From: Candidatus Parcubacteria bacterium
GTDB lineage: Bacteria > Patescibacteriota > Patescibacteriia > Patescibacteriales > BM507
DNA length: 51,699 nucleotides
Assembly: GCA_002869265.1 (NCBI GenBank)
Contig: PKTH01000030.1
Span: 1-51,699 of the forward strand
Direction: 5' to 3'
Made by a program: the position numbers and the translations under genes. The notes beneath the pieces were generated by a model. The model saw only the letters and a list, made by a program, of their open reading frames with translations. It made no database searches and was not told the DNA's origin. Shown piece after piece: positions 51,201 to 51,699 of this stretch (its first letter is position 1; the number at the start of each line of letters is the position of its first letter).

Positions 51201-51699
51201 ATCATTTTTATATTGATACAAATTAAAGGGGTCTGTGGGCACATAAGCTGTTTTATAAGAAACTTCCGTAGCCGATGATTTGTTCCCCGCTTGATCATAT
51301 GCCCAAATATTAAAAACATAATCTGTTCCCTCAGATAAATTATTGATAGTGGTTGTTGTCGCTCCATTATAGTTTATAAAAGAAAGATTTCCGTCAGAAT
51401 GCTCTGTATTTATTTCAGACACTCCACTTAGTCCTTCTTTATAGAATATTTTATATTCCAAAAAGTTTGATTCGGTGGCCTCTGATCCAAAGTTTAAGGT
51501 GATTGAATTGTTAGTTTTACTACTTAGGCTTAAGTCGCCAGGGCTGGTTGGGTTAGTTGCATCCACTCCTGGTCTGTTACCTGCATCGCTGGTGGTATAG
51601 GCCACTGAATTATTGCCGGCTGGGTCAACTAAGCTAATGTTAACTGGTAAGTCATTAGCATCTAGAATATCCGTGTGTCCCTCAGCCACGGTGTAGCTA
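45279..51699 (-). CDS. Second giant modular surface protein, 5'-partial (at least 2136 aa) with WxL-like C-terminus
   Basis: The reading frame is open to the window edge; the listed Met at 51689 is a GTG and upstream codons carry no stop. It contains seven FN3-like modules, four AQKTDGSG-type modules, two 4-Cys GYKWQ..ACDD modules and two WRE/WHWY modules. The last ~170 aa (..NASAGYQLFVYQ..AFGYHSGDD..AAGDYATQINYILIPSFY) are homologous to the C-termini of 42270..43310 and 43676..44782. Confidence 0.85.
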   Translation of the reverse strand, partial: SYTVAEGHTDILDANDLPVNISLVDPAGNNSVAYTTSDAGNRPGVDATNPTSPGDLSLSSKTNNSITLNFGSEATESNFLEYKIFYKEGLSGVSEINTEHSDGNLSFINYNGATTTTINNLSEGTDYVFNIWAYDQAGNKSSATEVSYKTAYVPTDPFNLYQYKNDEVTEILNGAWTDEDNIKLRASVNDGDNPETIRIYFEVLVDGGSFTTATSEPSGACVSGTDFASCLSGVWYVQSGSGDFTVSPYVGTVNVTNIDDSASGYKWQSLACGINGVCSEWTVFDSNPNFKVDTIDPSTPGDLTFNSKTSTDVTLNFGATSSDSNFSEYKIFYKEGGSGVSINDTEFNSTDDPNLGYSDYNGASTVVVNDLPAGTTYVFNIYAFDLAGNYVGATEYSTTTQTAATPPVALFNSAAQKTDGSGTVDISIEVDDNDNDDTLRARIDYVAGTSCDFTTPLDPSLDETDSNVTADYGDPDIDNNTTYQVGSSTAWIQTSPGSNTVNFDWLSSVDVTSPNNIYCLQLTANDGTFDQANPATTTVLIDNVAPSAPGNLNLNTRDTYEIIIDFGATSSDPNFSHYKIFYKEGTSGVLETDTEHIDSDLLDQNFNQSNSTTISGLSEGTDYVFNIWAYDVYGNKTSASELTVSTNDIPASPGSLVQYKNNGSTQITNDSWTEEDNIKLEASVLDGDTSEVITLYFELATSTDSFTNSTSSACSFDAVWDSCSSKVWSITSASGDYSVTPFIGQINPTNIPDSSIGYKWQVMACDDDSVCSFWVDYGVDPNFKVDNTVPSSPGNLSLDSRTQNSVTLNFGSASTELNFAEYKIYYKEGLSGVAETDSLHSSSTDINLADIDYNSAATTVIGGLSPFTDYVFNIWVYDEAGNKASATELAITTNAPPSSNILSATQRTDGSGLVDIFVEFDDDNDDDLQARLQYVSGSDCNFASPLDPSLDETDANATSTTGDAKVENDNEYQIGNVSGWIETSAGANTVSFDWFSASDEASADGTYCLKMTAFDGEDSETNPATTTLVIDNVVPTAPGDLSYVSRTSDSLTLSFGASTTDSNFKYYKIFYKQGAASVTENDLEHIDADLLDLNFNETTTTTIGGLLANTQYSFKIYAYDDFGNKNYSGQTTLTTNAPPTGIFNSVAQKIDGSGTVDISIEVYDPNGDLVYAKLDFAGADCDFSSPQVPLLDESPENISADYGIVGIENDNEYQIGTSTGIITSSGSNTVNFDGDSKSQLPSADGVYCMRLVVNDGIDDQNVPATTTIYIDNVSPSAPGDLSVNSVTGYGVTLDFGASSTDSNFSEYKIYYKQGTNGVSESDLEFNQYNDFNLGDISYNSAATTTIENLVQNTDYVFNIWAYDDYGNKSSASGEVSTTTTIIVSATWRENEDVNDPTASIPIGREDPIRLRISMANTGDVDVSTYNFDIEYGLKDDFCENISTWIGLPDTATTEHFEMIDSIYFSDQLSTTQKLSNSEAYNFISGHMVENPGNSANAVDLASGDYTEMEYSFKPSLNARAGNVYCFRLTNSGTAVEVYSKYPELTLAPPVEGVFNSVNQKSDGSGVVDISIEVSDAGGDLDQARIDYVSGIDCDFTTPLDPSLDENLTNITADFGQPKIDNDYPYQVGTSSGMIVSAAGPNTVNFDWLTNSDIPTADGDYCLQLTTFDGIEEQLVSATTTLTIDNIDPSTPGDLFEVSKTSNSITLGFATSTFDTNFSDYRIYYKEGSSGVTLSDTLWGTSSDANLDYINYNGATTTTVTGLETNHQYVFRIWAFDEYGNKAVSDNEVTIIIKYQAETADWHWYHDEQNETPTSSAANLNTSPNDISDGAIIKLRLGIREIEGITGDDVKIRLQYSTYSDFSTDVHLVGEIGTSEIWTYGNGVDDDNDPVTTNLLPDIIIGGSHNESGISTTTYDLPAGDIGEWEFTIRNNGATDYVTYYFRAYDNNESEPIAKNSVNSFPSLLTSAGSISYAVDSFDAGQSTEGVTANISTTPSSIPFGSLSPGFDAIAVQRFNISTNASAGYQLFVYQTQELISNGGDIIVPVSSENSSPSAWPSSPDPSAFGYHSGDDTLSGASPSRFSPNNTYAKLETAMREVSYSQIPVSNEVVDMVFRTNITANQAAGDYATQINYILIPSFY

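Noticed and set aside
1-51699. Mobile genetic element or prophage origin of the island
   Set aside because: I recognised no integrase, transposase, recombinase, phage structural genes, flanking tRNA or long direct repeats. The 11-mer repeats around argS are too short to call as element ends.

Overview
AT-rich, very gene-dense bacterial window with all but two genes on the minus strand. The left ~4.6 kb is housekeeping. It holds leuA preceded by what looks like a classical leucine leader-peptide attenuator, an unlisted 55-aa AbrB/SpoVT-type ORF with an adjacent palindromic operator-like repeat, argS, and a DUF389-like membrane protein. The remaining ~47 kb is one large accessory cell-surface island. 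It contains two giant modular FN3-rich proteins (4677 aa, and at least 2136 aa running off the right edge) and a standalone 588-aa paralog of the C-terminus of giant 1. It also contains four cohesin-like proteins (three membrane-anchored), two dockerin-terminated proteins, four TM-anchored two-beta-sandwich proteins resembling DUF916/DUF3324 (WxL-interacting) proteins, and two small secreted proteins with a WxL-like C-terminal module that also terminates giant 2. Other genes are a MacB/FtsX-type ABC transporter (permease split by an in-frame TAG, ATPase with a ~210-aa extension), a TM-anchored 4xFN3 protein, an extracytoplasmic FGE/SUMF1-like protein, Hsp20, a PilM-like actin-fold protein and a histone-H1-like lysine-rich repeat protein. 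I recognised no rRNA, tRNA, CRISPR array, transposase, integrase or glycoside hydrolase. TGA, TAA and TAG are all used as stops. Main hypothesis (inference): the island encodes a non-cellulosomal surface-display or adhesion apparatus that combines three non-covalent anchoring modes around giant adhesin-like proteins, namely cohesin-dockerin, WxL-like/DUF916-like, and C-terminal TM anchors. A dedicated MacB-type ABC module may serve it. The architecture is reminiscent of uncultivated small-genome (Patescibacteria/CPR-like) bacteria, but lineage cannot be established from this window. All domain calls come from motif recognition by eye and need HMM or structure confirmation.
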